NCBI GenBank assembly: GCA_905211265.1 | Contig: CAJMAC010000005.1 | Span: 3,290-67,289 of the forward strand | Origin: an uncultured Eubacteriales bacterium | GTDB lineage: Bacteria; Bacillota_I; Bacilli_A; RF39; UBA660 | Direction: 5' to 3' | Length of the DNA: 64,000 nt | Shown here: piece after piece, positions 10,388 to 20,829 of the stretch | Numbering within the stretch: the first letter of the stretch is position 1 | How the letters are laid out: the number at the start of each line of letters is the position of its first letter | Translations under genes and position numbers: made by a program | Notes under the pieces: model-generated | The model's input: the letters and a program-made list of their open reading frames with translations, nothing else | Told to the model about the DNA's origin: nothing | The model's database searches: none

Positions 10388-11760
10388 TTGTTTTCCTCCT
10401 CTATCAAATATTCTTTCCAACCATCTGTTGGTATGAAATGTTTATTATATTTATTAACGTCAACTATTTTTGATTCACTATATAAATTAAATTCATTCTT
10501 ATTTGCAATTGTATATTTACTTAATTTATATCCATTTTCTATATATTTAATTTTACTTGGATTAAATCCCATTACTTGGCAAATTATTTTGTCCATATTT
10601 AATTGATTAAAACTTGCAAGTATTAATCCAACTTTTTTATTACTAGGAATTAATGGTCCTTCTTTTTCACCAGAAACAATCATATCTGCTACATTAAATA
10701 TTATTCTTTGTTTTTTATTAGTTAATTTGCCATTTTTATCAGCATATAATACTATTTTATTAATATCTAAAATTGTTCTCCATATCGTATCATTTCCATA
10801 CCAACTACCTTCAAAATATTTTTTCTTACTAGTTTTTTTAGCTAAATAATGTAATGATGAATTTAAAAAACTTATTATTCTATTATGCAAGTAGGTATAA
10901 TTCTTTACTTTTGATTGCAGGTTTTTTAATATACTATTTTCTGGATATTCATCACCATGATTATGTATACTTCCATTTCTATGATGTGGCAAATATTCTT
11001 TTTTAGCATTTATTCCGACAAAATTTTTCATGCATGCTGTTATTCCAGCTTTTCTGTGTGTTTTTGGCTTAGGCATATTAATAATTACATCAGCATTCAA
11101 TACATCTTGTGGAATTAAATATTGATGAATACCATTATGATGATGCTCATGCATATATTTTAAATTATAATTAGTAATAGCATATTTATCTGCATATTTA
11201 TCAACTTCAACTAATGAACTATCCTGATTTAATGATACTTCAATACAATCTAATGATGTATTACTATTCTTTCTAAAATCTATTAACTCAATATTATACC
11301 CCTTTTTTTGATATTTTTCTATTGAATTCTTTAAATTATTTATTTTTATAACTTCTTCAAAATTACATTCTTGAACCGGAGCATCTCCCACAATTATTTT
11401 TCCAGTTTTATTTAATGCCAAAATTGTGTAGTCAATAATGGGACGTATTAATGAAAAATTTGTAATCAACGAATCTGTATCTCCAGCATCACACGTATTT
11501 TCATGTTTTACTAAATTTGGCTTTATTAACACATTATTTCCGGGCTTTATAAAATCTTTAAATGGATTCCATTCTTTTGTACCAATATTCTTTGAATCTA
11601 ATTTCATATCTATTAATAAACTTCTAAATTCATTATATATTTTCTCATCACTTTCAATATTTATATTTAATCCTTCTTTATATCTTGAAGATGGATTAAA
11701 TATAATAGAATTTTCATATTTAGATAATTTTGTGTTTTTTAAATAAACATTATTATTCAT
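10384..11760 (-). CDS. DUF362 domain-containing protein embedded in the polysaccharide operon
   Basis: 458 aa. DUF362-like motifs VLIKPNLV ... GDAP and PKPKTHRKAGITACMKNFVGI. ATGA start/stop overlap with the downstream epimerase gene. Confidence 0.5.
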   Translation of the reverse strand: MNNNVYLKNTKLSKYENSIIFNPSSRYKEGLNINIESDEKIYNEFRSLLIDMKLDSKNIGTKEWNPFKDFIKPGNNVLIKPNLVKHENTCDAGDTDSLITNFSLIRPIIDYTILALNKTGKIIVGDAPVQECNFEEVIKINNLKNSIEKYQKKGYNIELIDFRKNSNTSLDCIEVSLNQDSSLVEVDKYADKYAITNYNLKYMHEHHHNGIHQYLIPQDVLNADVIINMPKPKTHRKAGITACMKNFVGINAKKEYLPHHRNGSIHNHGDEYPENSILKNLQSKVKNYTYLHNRIISFLNSSLHYLAKKTSKKKYFEGSWYGNDTIWRTILDINKIVLYADKNGKLTNKKQRIIFNVADMIVSGEKEGPLIPSNKKVGLILASFNQLNMDKIICQVMGFNPSKIKYIENGYKLSKYTIANKNEFNLYSESKIVDVNKYNKHFIPTDGWKEYLIEEENK

Positions 11761-13255
11761 ATTTCCTCCTAATTTTATTAACTATTTCTTTAAAAATATT
11801 TTTATAAAATATACTATTTATAAGTATAACAATTAAAGAAACAATTATGAATAAGATTAATGCATATATAAACCATTGAATATAATTTTTTACCATTATA
11901 TTACCTATCATTAAATGTATTGCTAATGAGATAATAATTTCTCCATAAGAAATGATTACAATTTTCATTGAATTGATTAACTTTATCTTTAATATTTTTT
12001 TACTTGCATAATCAATAAATCCAATGCTTCTTATTAACATTGAAATTAATGTTCCAATTGCAACACCCAATAATCCATATTTAAATACTAATAATACTGA
12101 TAAAATTATATTTATAATTGGTTCTATTATTGAAAATACTTTTGTTTCTTTAAAATGCCCTTTGGCATATACAATTGTTGAATAAGGGTAACGAATTATA
12201 TAATTAAATTCTGCCAAAACTAATACATAAGCAAAAGCTGGTTGAATGTAATTAGCATCTGTTATATTTTTTGTATAAATTGATACAAAAGGTATTATTA
12301 AAAATAATGTACATATAATTAGAATAGTAGAAATTGTATAAAATAAAAAAGTATACATAGAAAAATTTTTATTAATTTTTTCGCTTGAATCAGTAATCAT
12401 TTTTTTGCCAAAAAAAGAATCAATTCCATTTGTTAAAGAAACAATAATTGAACGAATGGATTTAATAATTAGTGAATATATTGAATATATTGATATATTC
12501 TTTAGTTCACTAAATATAGTTAAAATTGTAATATCTATATTCGATTGCGTTGCTGCAGCAATATGATGCGTTAATCCATCCCATTGTTTTTCAAATTTAT
12601 AATCACTTTTTTTTGTAATATTATAACCATAATTTGCATCAAAATATATTTTTAAAATTATAGGTTTAAAAACAAAAATTATTGAACTTATTAATTTAAC
12701 CATTTGAATATTACATCCAATTTTAATTAAAATTATCATCAATATCAAATTAATAACATATCCTAGTGCATTTATATAATCAATAACATAGTTTTTTTGA
12801 TCAGCTTGTAAAAATAATTTGTAAGTCATACCCAAAAAATATTCTGCAAATTGGCTAATAGAAATAATAATTATTAGACTAACTGTATATAAATTTGAAA
12901 AATCGCCATTTATTATCGGATAAATTATACATAATATAAATACATAAAACACTAATATATAAGCAATTCTTTTAAAGAACTTACTTGAAGCCCCAAGTAT
13001 TCGTTCAATATTATTACTATTTTTTTCAACTATTGGTTTAAACAAAGCATTTTTTATAACTGGACCAATTCCTGCTTCTAACAACGATATATATGCTATA
13101 AACTGAGTTATTGATGATACTAACCCATTAACCCCTGAACCATATTTTTTAATTATTAATATTGGTATAATAAATCCATAAACTATTGTTGAAAATTGAA
13201 AAATTAGTGATGATATAATGTTTTTAATTACTATTTTCTTATTCATCAATATCAC
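11753..13255 (-). CDS. wzx: Polysaccharide/oligosaccharide flippase (Wzx, MOP superfamily)
   Basis: 500 aa with about 12-14 predicted TM helices and typical Wzx topology. Sits in the capsule locus. Confidence 0.75.
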   Translation of the reverse strand: MILMNKKIVIKNIISSLIFQFSTIVYGFIIPILIIKKYGSGVNGLVSSITQFIAYISLLEAGIGPVIKNALFKPIVEKNSNNIERILGASSKFFKRIAYILVFYVFILCIIYPIINGDFSNLYTVSLIIIISISQFAEYFLGMTYKLFLQADQKNYVIDYINALGYVINLILMIILIKIGCNIQMVKLISSIIFVFKPIILKIYFDANYGYNITKKSDYKFEKQWDGLTHHIAAATQSNIDITILTIFSELKNISIYSIYSLIIKSIRSIIVSLTNGIDSFFGKKMITDSSEKINKNFSMYTFLFYTISTILIICTLFLIIPFVSIYTKNITDANYIQPAFAYVLVLAEFNYIIRYPYSTIVYAKGHFKETKVFSIIEPIINIILSVLLVFKYGLLGVAIGTLISMLIRSIGFIDYASKKILKIKLINSMKIVIISYGEIIISLAIHLMIGNIMVKNYIQWFIYALILFIIVSLIVILINSIFYKNIFKEIVNKIRRKYE

Positions 13256-14177
13256 TTAAATTCTTTTCTGGTAATTTTAGCAGTTCACCTAATCTATAAT
13301 CCCATTCTTCTGGAGTGAACTCCTCAAATCCTGCACCAGGAAAAAAAGTTAATTCACCAAAATATAGTTTACCATTTATTTCATACCAATCTACTCTCAC
13401 AAATGGAATATTTTTAGATAATTTTTCTGATAACTCAATCATTTTATTGTAATTTTCAGGCTTTTTTATTTTTTTACTGGAAGACCTATAATGTCTTTCA
13501 AACGGCATTTTTTTCCAGTTAAGATCGAAAAATGTAACTGCTAGTCCTAAGTCTTTATTATCTCTTTCGCTACAAACAAAACTACACTTTGCTTTTCCAT
13601 CAAAACACATTATTTTATAATCATTCAATTGACTGTTTTCACCATCATCTAAATATTTTTCAATAATAATTCTTGGTTTTACGTTTTTGTATGGCCATTC
13701 TCTATGTTTATAATAGTAATTGTTTCTTAATGATTTATTAATTTTTTTTCTAGCTAAGTTAATATCTAATTTTTTCTTGTCTTTACAAATAATAATTCCA
13801 CCAGAATCATGTGTACATTTCATTACAAATTGATTTGGTAATTTATCAAAGTCAATATTATCAAACTTTTCATAAACTCCTATTGTTGGTATTATATATT
13901 CCTCTCCTATAATTTTTGATACATATTCTTTTACATCATATTTATCAACCATCTTTGTATACTCTGGATTTCTATCATATAATTTCAACCATTGAAGTTT
14001 TTCATTAAATGTTTTTGGATTATCAAGATTAATCTTATATCCCATTTTTAATAGAAATTTTTTTTCTAAATACTTCCTATCAGACATATTTTTATATAAG
14101 CCTATCGTCGAAAGACACCCAAATCTATATAGTGGATCTGAAATAATTTTTTTAATTTTTTTTATATATTCAATCAT
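13239..14177 (-). CDS. ATP-grasp fold amidoligase, TupA-like (teichuronopeptide-type)
   Basis: 312 aa. Motifs KCTHDSGG, PRIIIEKYL, DYKIMCFDGKAKC and FVRVDWY...GKLYFGELTFFP match the TupA-like ATP-grasp family found in polysaccharide loci. Confidence 0.6.
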   Translation of the reverse strand: MIEYIKKIKKIISDPLYRFGCLSTIGLYKNMSDRKYLEKKFLLKMGYKINLDNPKTFNEKLQWLKLYDRNPEYTKMVDKYDVKEYVSKIIGEEYIIPTIGVYEKFDNIDFDKLPNQFVMKCTHDSGGIIICKDKKKLDINLARKKINKSLRNNYYYKHREWPYKNVKPRIIIEKYLDDGENSQLNDYKIMCFDGKAKCSFVCSERDNKDLGLAVTFFDLNWKKMPFERHYRSSSKKIKKPENYNKMIELSEKLSKNIPFVRVDWYEINGKLYFGELTFFPGAGFEEFTPEEWDYRLGELLKLPEKNLSDIDE

Positions 14178-15295
14178 ATTTCCTCCTTTTTCAAGGGAAC
14201 ATTGAGTTTTTCTTTTAAAAAGTTTGACGTTTCTATTTCATATGGTACTATTTTTGAATTTTTTAATGAATGTACCATAAAAATTATTAAAAGCAATACT
14301 AAAAGTGTTTTAACAATTGCAATTACCTTTTGATTATTATATTGCTTTATTAATGACGGAATACTCAAAAGTAAAAAAGTATTATATATTTGCATTGTCC
14401 TTGCAAAAATATCATTATATAAGCCCATTATTTCAATAAAAATAGAAATCAGTAATGTATATAATGAAATATTACACATTTTATTATTCTTTATTTTATC
14501 AAAATTGACAAAAATAAGAACTATATTAGATAAAAAATACAATAATATTATTAAATTATTTAGTTGTAACTCATGCCCGACATATCCTTTACCTAGTCTT
14601 GACATAATAGCGTAAATTACATTTACATAAATAAATCTTGAAAAGATTAAAAATGGAATACTCAATATTAGTAATATTAAGAATTTTTTTCTATTAATTG
14701 GTTTAAAATTAGCAAATAAAAATATAGGCAACGCTATTATTATTGCCCTATGACATAAAAAGGCAATAATAAAAAGTAAAATTGATTTTAACCTTTTCTT
14801 ATTTATCAAAAAATGCAATGACCACAAAAAAATACTTAATGCAAGTGATTGCCTTATAATTCCAAAAAAATATGTATATATACCAAATGTACATAATATA
14901 ACATAACTTAACCATGGAATATCAGAATATTTATATATAAAATAACTAAATGAAAAAATGTTTACAAACGCACAAACAACTAAAAATCCATGAAAATTAA
15001 ATCCTAAATGTGATATTACCCAATTTAATACAACATAACCACTTTCATAATCAAAAGGATATATTAAATCAGCGATTTTAAAGAAATGTAATTTTGATAT
15101 CATTTCTGAGAAATTAAGAGTTTTAATATAATTGAATCCTGCACTATAGTTAGCCAAATCAACTCCTAAACTACTACTTCTCAATGCAAGTATTAAAAAT
15201 AACTGTATAGATACTAAGATTATAAATTTTTTTCTATTTTTTATCAAAATAGCATATACAATTATTAGTAATATATTAATTATATATATTGTCAT
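14174..15295 (-). CDS. wzy: Polysaccharide polymerase (Wzy/EpsG-like multi-TM protein)
   Basis: 373 aa. Highly hydrophobic with about 10 TM helices and a larger loop. Position between the flippase and glycosyltransferases. Confidence 0.6.
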   Translation of the reverse strand: MTIYIINILLIIVYAILIKNRKKFIILVSIQLFLILALRSSSLGVDLANYSAGFNYIKTLNFSEMISKLHFFKIADLIYPFDYESGYVVLNWVISHLGFNFHGFLVVCAFVNIFSFSYFIYKYSDIPWLSYVILCTFGIYTYFFGIIRQSLALSIFLWSLHFLINKKRLKSILLFIIAFLCHRAIIIALPIFLFANFKPINRKKFLILLILSIPFLIFSRFIYVNVIYAIMSRLGKGYVGHELQLNNLIILLYFLSNIVLIFVNFDKIKNNKMCNISLYTLLISIFIEIMGLYNDIFARTMQIYNTFLLLSIPSLIKQYNNQKVIAIVKTLLVLLLIIFMVHSLKNSKIVPYEIETSNFLKEKLNVPLKKEEI

Positions 15296-15316
15296 ATTAT
15301 CATCCTTTCAAAAAAG

Positions 15317-16393
15317 TTAATAAAATAAATAATCCTCCCACTGTTTCATTATCTTTTGTGTTTTAAAGCACATTGCTCTTATTTTAGCATTTTTCCCGAT
15401 TTGATTATAATCACTATTTAAAACATTTTTTATTGCATTTGATAGTTTTTTTGAATCATTACAAGGAACTAATATTCCTTGTTCATCATTTTCTATCAAT
15501 AATCTTGGGCCACCACATGGGCAGTCGGTGGAAACACATGCTATACCGGTAGCCATTGCTTCCATAAGTGCATTTGGCATTCCTTCATAATCCGATGATA
15601 GTACAAATACTTTTGCTTTACTCAATTCATTTTCAACGTTTAATACATTTCCTTTGAAAAAAATTTTTCCAAAAATATTTTTTTTCATTGCATAATCTTT
15701 TAATTCTTTTTCCAGACTTCCTTCACCATATATTATTAAATTCTCATTAGGAAAATCTTTTGTTATCAATTCAAATGCATCTAATAATAATTTTTGATTT
15801 TTTTGCGTTTCTAGTCTACCAACAGTAATAATGTTTTTTTTATTTTCTACTATTTTTGTATTATAAAATTTTTCATCAACTGGATTAAATATTATTTTAG
15901 AATTATTTTGAATTTTTTTTATAAAATATCTTCTAGCATCAGGAGTTTGAAAAACATAACCATCTGCTAATAAAAAGATCAGATTAGTTATTACTTTCTT
16001 TATAAAACTACCACCATATTCTTTATTTGGATCATTTCTCACTGATACTATCTTTCTTGATTTAATTCCAATTGTAGATAATAACATTCGAAAGTTAGGT
16101 CTTCCTAAAAATGATAATACAGTATCTGGTTTTTCCATTTTTATTAATCTTCTTAATTCATTTATTCTTTTTATATTTTTTATAGCAATATTACCTTTAT
16201 TTTCTTTTTGAAGATACACTCTATGTATCTTTGATGGCAAACTATATTCATTGTTTTTATCATTTGGTTCAAAATCATTTATTAATAACACCTCATAATC
16301 ATTATTTACCAAATATTCTGCTAATACAGACATAACTCTTTGTGCACCACCACGATACATAGTATCAATATATAATACAACCTTTTTTTTCAT
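15317..16393 (-). CDS. Glycosyltransferase family 4 (GT-B, GT1 superfamily)
   Basis: 358 aa. C-terminal EX7E-like region SSDYEGMPNALMEAMATGIACVSTD. Confidence 0.8.
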   Translation of the reverse strand: MKKKVVLYIDTMYRGGAQRVMSVLAEYLVNNDYEVLLINDFEPNDKNNEYSLPSKIHRVYLQKENKGNIAIKNIKRINELRRLIKMEKPDTVLSFLGRPNFRMLLSTIGIKSRKIVSVRNDPNKEYGGSFIKKVITNLIFLLADGYVFQTPDARRYFIKKIQNNSKIIFNPVDEKFYNTKIVENKKNIITVGRLETQKNQKLLLDAFELITKDFPNENLIIYGEGSLEKELKDYAMKKNIFGKIFFKGNVLNVENELSKAKVFVLSSDYEGMPNALMEAMATGIACVSTDCPCGGPRLLIENDEQGILVPCNDSKKLSNAIKNVLNSDYNQIGKNAKIRAMCFKTQKIMKQWEDYLFY

Positions 16394-16422
16394 CTTTACT
16401 ACCTTTCATTTATAAATGTTAA

Positions 16423-18333
16423 TTATTTTTCAATTTCAATAATTAGAGTTTTCATAATTTTATCTGGCATATATTCTTTTGCTTCTTTTTGACAGCATTT
16501 GCTCATCTTTTCTATAATATTTGGGTTTTTGTATAGCTTTATTAATATTTCACTTGTTTTTTTAACATCATGAACAGAAACCATAATTCCAGTTTCATTA
16601 TTCGTTAAAACTTCAAAATTACAATTCCAGTCAGTTGCAATACATGGTGTACATGCAAAAAGTGTATCAATTAATGTTCCTGGAAAACCTTCGCCTTTCC
16701 AAAAAGTTAAAAACAACATTAAGTCATATTCATTTATTATTTTACTAGAAATATTTGCATCTATTTCTCCTTTGTATTTTATATAATTTGGTAGTTGTTG
16801 TTTTATTTTTTCGAAATCTTCAAAATATTCATTATCAATTCTTCCATATAAATCTAATGTAAATATATCTTTTCCAATTTTTTCATTTGCCAATTTAACA
16901 ACATCAATTGCATCTTCTATTCCTTTTTCTTTTACTATTCTTGTAAATGTACATATTTTTATTTTAGAAATTTCTTCATACTTTTTAGGTTCTTGTAATT
17001 CAATATTTTTAAAATTCGGTAAAACTTTTACATTTTTTATTTTCCTTTTTTCATACTCTTTTTTCATACTGAGTGTCTCAACAAATATTTTTGTAAATGA
17101 ATTTGCAACTTTTTTCAAAAAAATGTTATTGTCATACACGTTATAACGTACACCACCGATTACAATATCAAACACTTTTTTGTTATTTTTCTTGTTAAAA
17201 AAATACAAAATTGGTGATATAACTTTATATCCTCTACTTGAAACAATTAAAATTACTACATCATTCTCACTTATGATTTTTTTTACTTTTATTATCATCT
17301 TTACTAAGTTTCTTGGTTCATAATACGTATCAACTTTATCTATATTAATATCATAGTATTTTTCTAAATAATTACATATTTCTTTTGTTTTGACGGTTTG
17401 ACCATCAGTGAATTTTTTATTTCCACCAAAATGACCTATTATGCCTATTTTCGGTTTTTGATTATTAGAATTAAACATTTTTAATAATTCATTATTTCCT
17501 TTTTTGCTATAGCACTGATTGGCACAACAAGCTGGTGTAAAAGTAAGTTCGCCAAAAATTATTTTTCCATTATCATTATATAAATCTACTCTAACAAATG
17601 GAAAGGGCTTAGATAAGTCTTCTGATATTTTAATCATTTTTTCTAATTTTTTTGGCTTTAAAATATTTTTTTTATTTATATATTTTTCTTTGATGTATGG
17701 TAATTCATTCCATGACAAATCAAACATATTTAATTTTAATTCAGTATCTCTTTCACTACATACTAATATACACTTTGCCTTACCATTAAAGCAATATACC
17801 TTATAATCAATTGGCATTTTTCCATTCTTATCACATAAATATTTTTCACATATTATTCTAGGTTTTATTTTTAAATAATGTAACTCCGTTGTCGCTAAAC
17901 CATATCTTTCCTTCATGAACTTATTTAGTTTTTCTTTTGCAACACTTATATTTAAATTTCTTTTATTACTACATATTATATTATAAGCACATCCATGTGT
18001 ACATTTTAACGCAAATTTATTAGGCAATTTATTAAAATCAATCTCTTCTGAATTATTATAAACTCCATATAACTCATTCAAAATGCTTGAATATCCCAAT
18101 TCTTCAATGTATTTTCTCACTTCATATTTGTCAGTACATTTAATTACTAATTCATTATTTGGATATTTATACATTTTTAATACACTTGTTTTATCATTAA
18201 AATTTTTCGGTTTCTTATAATGTGGTATTTCATGTGTTCTCATTATGTATAAAATACTATTGCTTAATTTAGGATTTATTTTTGTCAATAATTCTAAAAT
18301 CCTTTTCCCTATATATACAATACATTTTTTCAC
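16423..18333 (-). CDS. Bifunctional protein: N-terminal TupA-like ATP-grasp domain fused to a C-terminal GT4 glycosyltransferase
   Basis: 636 aa. The N-terminal half (KCTHGCAYN, PRIICEKYL, DYKVYCFNGKAKC, FVRVDLY..GKIIFGELTFTP) is paralogous to the 312-aa ATP-grasp protein. The C-terminal half has GT4 motif EGFPGTLIDTLFACTPCIATD. Confidence 0.65.
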   Translation of the reverse strand: MKKCIVYIGKRILELLTKINPKLSNSILYIMRTHEIPHYKKPKNFNDKTSVLKMYKYPNNELVIKCTDKYEVRKYIEELGYSSILNELYGVYNNSEEIDFNKLPNKFALKCTHGCAYNIICSNKRNLNISVAKEKLNKFMKERYGLATTELHYLKIKPRIICEKYLCDKNGKMPIDYKVYCFNGKAKCILVCSERDTELKLNMFDLSWNELPYIKEKYINKKNILKPKKLEKMIKISEDLSKPFPFVRVDLYNDNGKIIFGELTFTPACCANQCYSKKGNNELLKMFNSNNQKPKIGIIGHFGGNKKFTDGQTVKTKEICNYLEKYYDINIDKVDTYYEPRNLVKMIIKVKKIISENDVVILIVSSRGYKVISPILYFFNKKNNKKVFDIVIGGVRYNVYDNNIFLKKVANSFTKIFVETLSMKKEYEKRKIKNVKVLPNFKNIELQEPKKYEEISKIKICTFTRIVKEKGIEDAIDVVKLANEKIGKDIFTLDLYGRIDNEYFEDFEKIKQQLPNYIKYKGEIDANISSKIINEYDLMLFLTFWKGEGFPGTLIDTLFACTPCIATDWNCNFEVLTNNETGIMVSVHDVKKTSEILIKLYKNPNIIEKMSKCCQKEAKEYMPDKIMKTLIIEIEK

Positions 18334-19094
18334 TATATTCTTCTCCTAACTGCATTAAAACAATACCAACCAAAATTATAAACACTATTAATAATGTTTA
18401 GACATTCAACTTTTCTATAAAGATTCCAAGTTCTTTTTAAAGCCTTTAGTTTATTTGATGATAATGTATTAACATCTCTTCTGTAATATGATAATATTTC
18501 ATTTATTCCATATGCTTTTGATACTTTCGTTCTTAATACTTTCCACCAAGTGGCTGTATCTTGTCCCCTTTTAACATTTGGCATTTGGATATCTTCTTTA
18601 GTCATTTTTTTCATATTAAACATTACTGTGCTAGTCCATATTGTAGTATTTTTCAAGGCTTGTTTATATGTAATTGATTCTGGTACACTTACTTTTTTTC
18701 CAGTTGGCAAACATTCAACATTACAGAATTGATATGCTGTATATGAAAAAGCACAATCTAAATTGTCCATAAATTTTATCTGTTTTTCAAGTTTTCGCTT
18801 GTCCCATTTATCATCAGCATCCAAAAAGCAAATATATTCTCCATTAGAATAATTAATTCCATTATTTCTTGTTACTGCTGCTCCTGAATTTTTATTATTT
18901 GTTAATAACTTTATTCTTTTATCTTTTTTTATTGAATTTTCGATTATTTTTTTTGAATTATCGTTAGAACAATCATCAACAAATATTGCTTCCCAATTTT
19001 CATATGTTTGTTCTTCAATAGTAGCAATTGTTTCTTTTAAATATTTACTAGCATTATAAACTGGAATTATAATACTTACTAATTGTTTTTTCAT
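18333..19094 (-). CDS. Glycosyltransferase family 2
   Basis: 253 aa. GT2 motifs IIIPVYNASKYL, VDDCSNDNS and DADD. Confidence 0.85.
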   Translation of the reverse strand: MKKQLVSIIIPVYNASKYLKETIATIEEQTYENWEAIFVDDCSNDNSKKIIENSIKKDKRIKLLTNNKNSGAAVTRNNGINYSNGEYICFLDADDKWDKRKLEKQIKFMDNLDCAFSYTAYQFCNVECLPTGKKVSVPESITYKQALKNTTIWTSTVMFNMKKMTKEDIQMPNVKRGQDTATWWKVLRTKVSKAYGINEILSYYRRDVNTLSSNKLKALKRTWNLYRKVECLNIINSVYNFGWYCFNAVRRRI

Positions 19095-19822
19095 TATACA
19101 CCACTACCTACTAATACTTTATCATCTATATTATCATTACTTTTGTTTTTTAGATATTGTACTTTTTGATTTATTTTATCATTATGTTTTTTGTTCTTTT
19201 TTCTATTTGGTGTCTTATTTTGATTTTTTAATATATTTAATTCTTCATGAATTGCTGATTTTGAATTACTAAATCCTTCTTTTTTTAAGACACTTTTTAT
19301 TGTTTTTAATACGATATATATATCTAAAAATAATGACATATTTTCTACATATTCAACATCTATATCTATTCTCTCAATTATACCTAGATTATTTCTGCCA
19401 CTACATTGTGCTAATCCTGTTATTCCTGGTAATACTTCTAATCTTCTCATTTGATGTTTTGTAAAATATTTTGCATAATCTAATATCCACGGTCTTGGTC
19501 CAATAAAAGACATTTCTCCTTTTAAAATATTAAATAATTGAGGTAATTCATCTAAAGATGTTTTTCTTAGTATTCTACCTATTTTTGTAACTTGATCTTC
19601 TACTGAAGTATCATATAAATTGTTATTATATATCATACTTCTAAATTTATATAAAGTAAAGTTTTTATTGTTTTTACCGCTTCTTATTTGCTTAAATATT
19701 ACTGGTCCTTTACTATCTATTTTAATCATTATCGATATTATTAACATTAATGGTGAAAGTAAAATAATCAATATAAGCGCTAATATTAAATCTAATAACT
19801 TTTTTATAACCTTTCTATACAT
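19094..19822 (-). CDS. cpsE: Initiating sugar transferase (undecaprenyl-phosphate sugar phosphotransferase, CpsE/WbaP C-terminal-domain type)
   Basis: 242 aa. One N-terminal TM helix, then the bacterial sugar transferase signature (GPVIFKQIRSGKNNKNFTLYKFRSM ... DELPQLFNILKGEMSFIGPRP). First gene of the biosynthetic operon. Confidence 0.85.
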   Translation of the reverse strand: MYRKVIKKLLDLILALILIILLSPLMLIISIMIKIDSKGPVIFKQIRSGKNNKNFTLYKFRSMIYNNNLYDTSVEDQVTKIGRILRKTSLDELPQLFNILKGEMSFIGPRPWILDYAKYFTKHQMRRLEVLPGITGLAQCSGRNNLGIIERIDIDVEYVENMSLFLDIYIVLKTIKSVLKKEGFSNSKSAIHEELNILKNQNKTPNRKKNKKHNDKINQKVQYLKNKSNDNIDDKVLVGSGV

Positions 19823-19845
19823 CTAAATCACCAATTAACTACTTT

Positions 19846-20700
19846 CTATTTCTTCTTTGCTAGCATTATACTTACCACTAATCCTAGTGATAATACTATT
19901 ATAAGTATTAACCATTTTCCTTTATAGCTTGCATCTGTTTTAGTTTCTTTTGAACTATCTATTTGAACTTTTTTATTTACTTTTACATTTATTATATATT
20001 CTTCATTAGAATTATCTAAAGATGCTTTTATAGTTATTTTATTATCTTCTAAGTCTTCTATTTTTTGATTTGATATATCAATAGTAGTATTTTTATCTTT
20101 TGCTACTGGTTTTAAATCTAATTCTTTAATATCTTCATCAATATTTACTGTATATTCATAAACATCTTCTTTTAATTCTATTTGTACTATTTCTGAATCA
20201 ATACTTTCTAATAAATTCTTTTTTACTTCTTTTGGTTCTTCTGGTTTTTGTTGTACTATATTAGCATTATCATCTACTTTTACTGTTATTACTAAATTAT
20301 CTTGATTAATTACTGTACCATCAGTAGTGGTTAATCTTATATTATTTAGATTAATATTACTTGATTTTACATTTGGATTTTGTACTACATTTATTCTTAC
20401 TTCTCCTAATGTAATATTTCCTGTTACTGGTTCATCAAAAGTAATTGTATGTGCTACTCCTGATGTATTAATCTTATAATTAGAATTAACTATAAAATTA
20501 CCTGTTATATCATAACTATAATATACAAAATTAAATTCAATCTTACTTATTTCTTTATCAAAATTATCTGTTATACTTAGAGTTGTATTACTTCCTTTAC
20601 TTAAAGTTATATCATTTTCACTTACATTTAATGCTTTTACTTTAGTAGTAAATGATATAGAAATAAATAATATAAACAATAAACCTACTAACTTCTTCAT
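19846..20700 (-). CDS. Secreted surface protein with signal peptide, beta-sandwich (cohesin/cadherin-like) regions and a C-terminal TM anchor, no LPXTG
   Basis: 284 aa. N-terminal signal MKKLVGLLFILFISISF, C-terminal hydrophobic helix followed by KKK. Has its own near-consensus promoter. Confidence 0.4.
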   Translation of the reverse strand: MKKLVGLLFILFISISFTTKVKALNVSENDITLSKGSNTTLSITDNFDKEISKIEFNFVYYSYDITGNFIVNSNYKINTSGVAHTITFDEPVTGNITLGEVRINVVQNPNVKSSNINLNNIRLTTTDGTVINQDNLVITVKVDDNANIVQQKPEEPKEVKKNLLESIDSEIVQIELKEDVYEYTVNIDEDIKELDLKPVAKDKNTTIDISNQKIEDLEDNKITIKASLDNSNEEYIINVKVNKKVQIDSSKETKTDASYKGKWLILIIVLSLGLVVSIMLAKKK

Positions 20701-20724
20701 CTTTGCTCCTTATCCTCTACAAAA

Positions 20725-20753
20725 ATTATAACATTTTATGATACATTATTCAA
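20725..20753 (-). promoter_or_regulatory. Sigma-A type promoter for the surface-protein gene and cps operon
   Basis: Minus strand: TTGAAT (-35), 17-nt spacer, TATAAT (-10), then AGGATAAGGAG ribosome-binding site before ATG 20700. Confidence 0.6.
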
Positions 20754-20783
20754 CTAAAAATACACTTTTTTGACATAAATATA

Positions 20784-20816
20784 AGGTATTAACTAATTTT
20801 ATTAGTTAATACCTTG
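20784..20816 (-). terminator. Hairpin (13-bp perfect stem) downstream of the 372-aa gene; possible terminator or attenuator
   Basis: AAGGTATTAACTA-ATTTTAT-TAGTTAATACCTT perfect inverted repeat. The flanking T-run is weak. Confidence 0.4.
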
Positions 20817-20829
20817 ATAAAAAACTATT

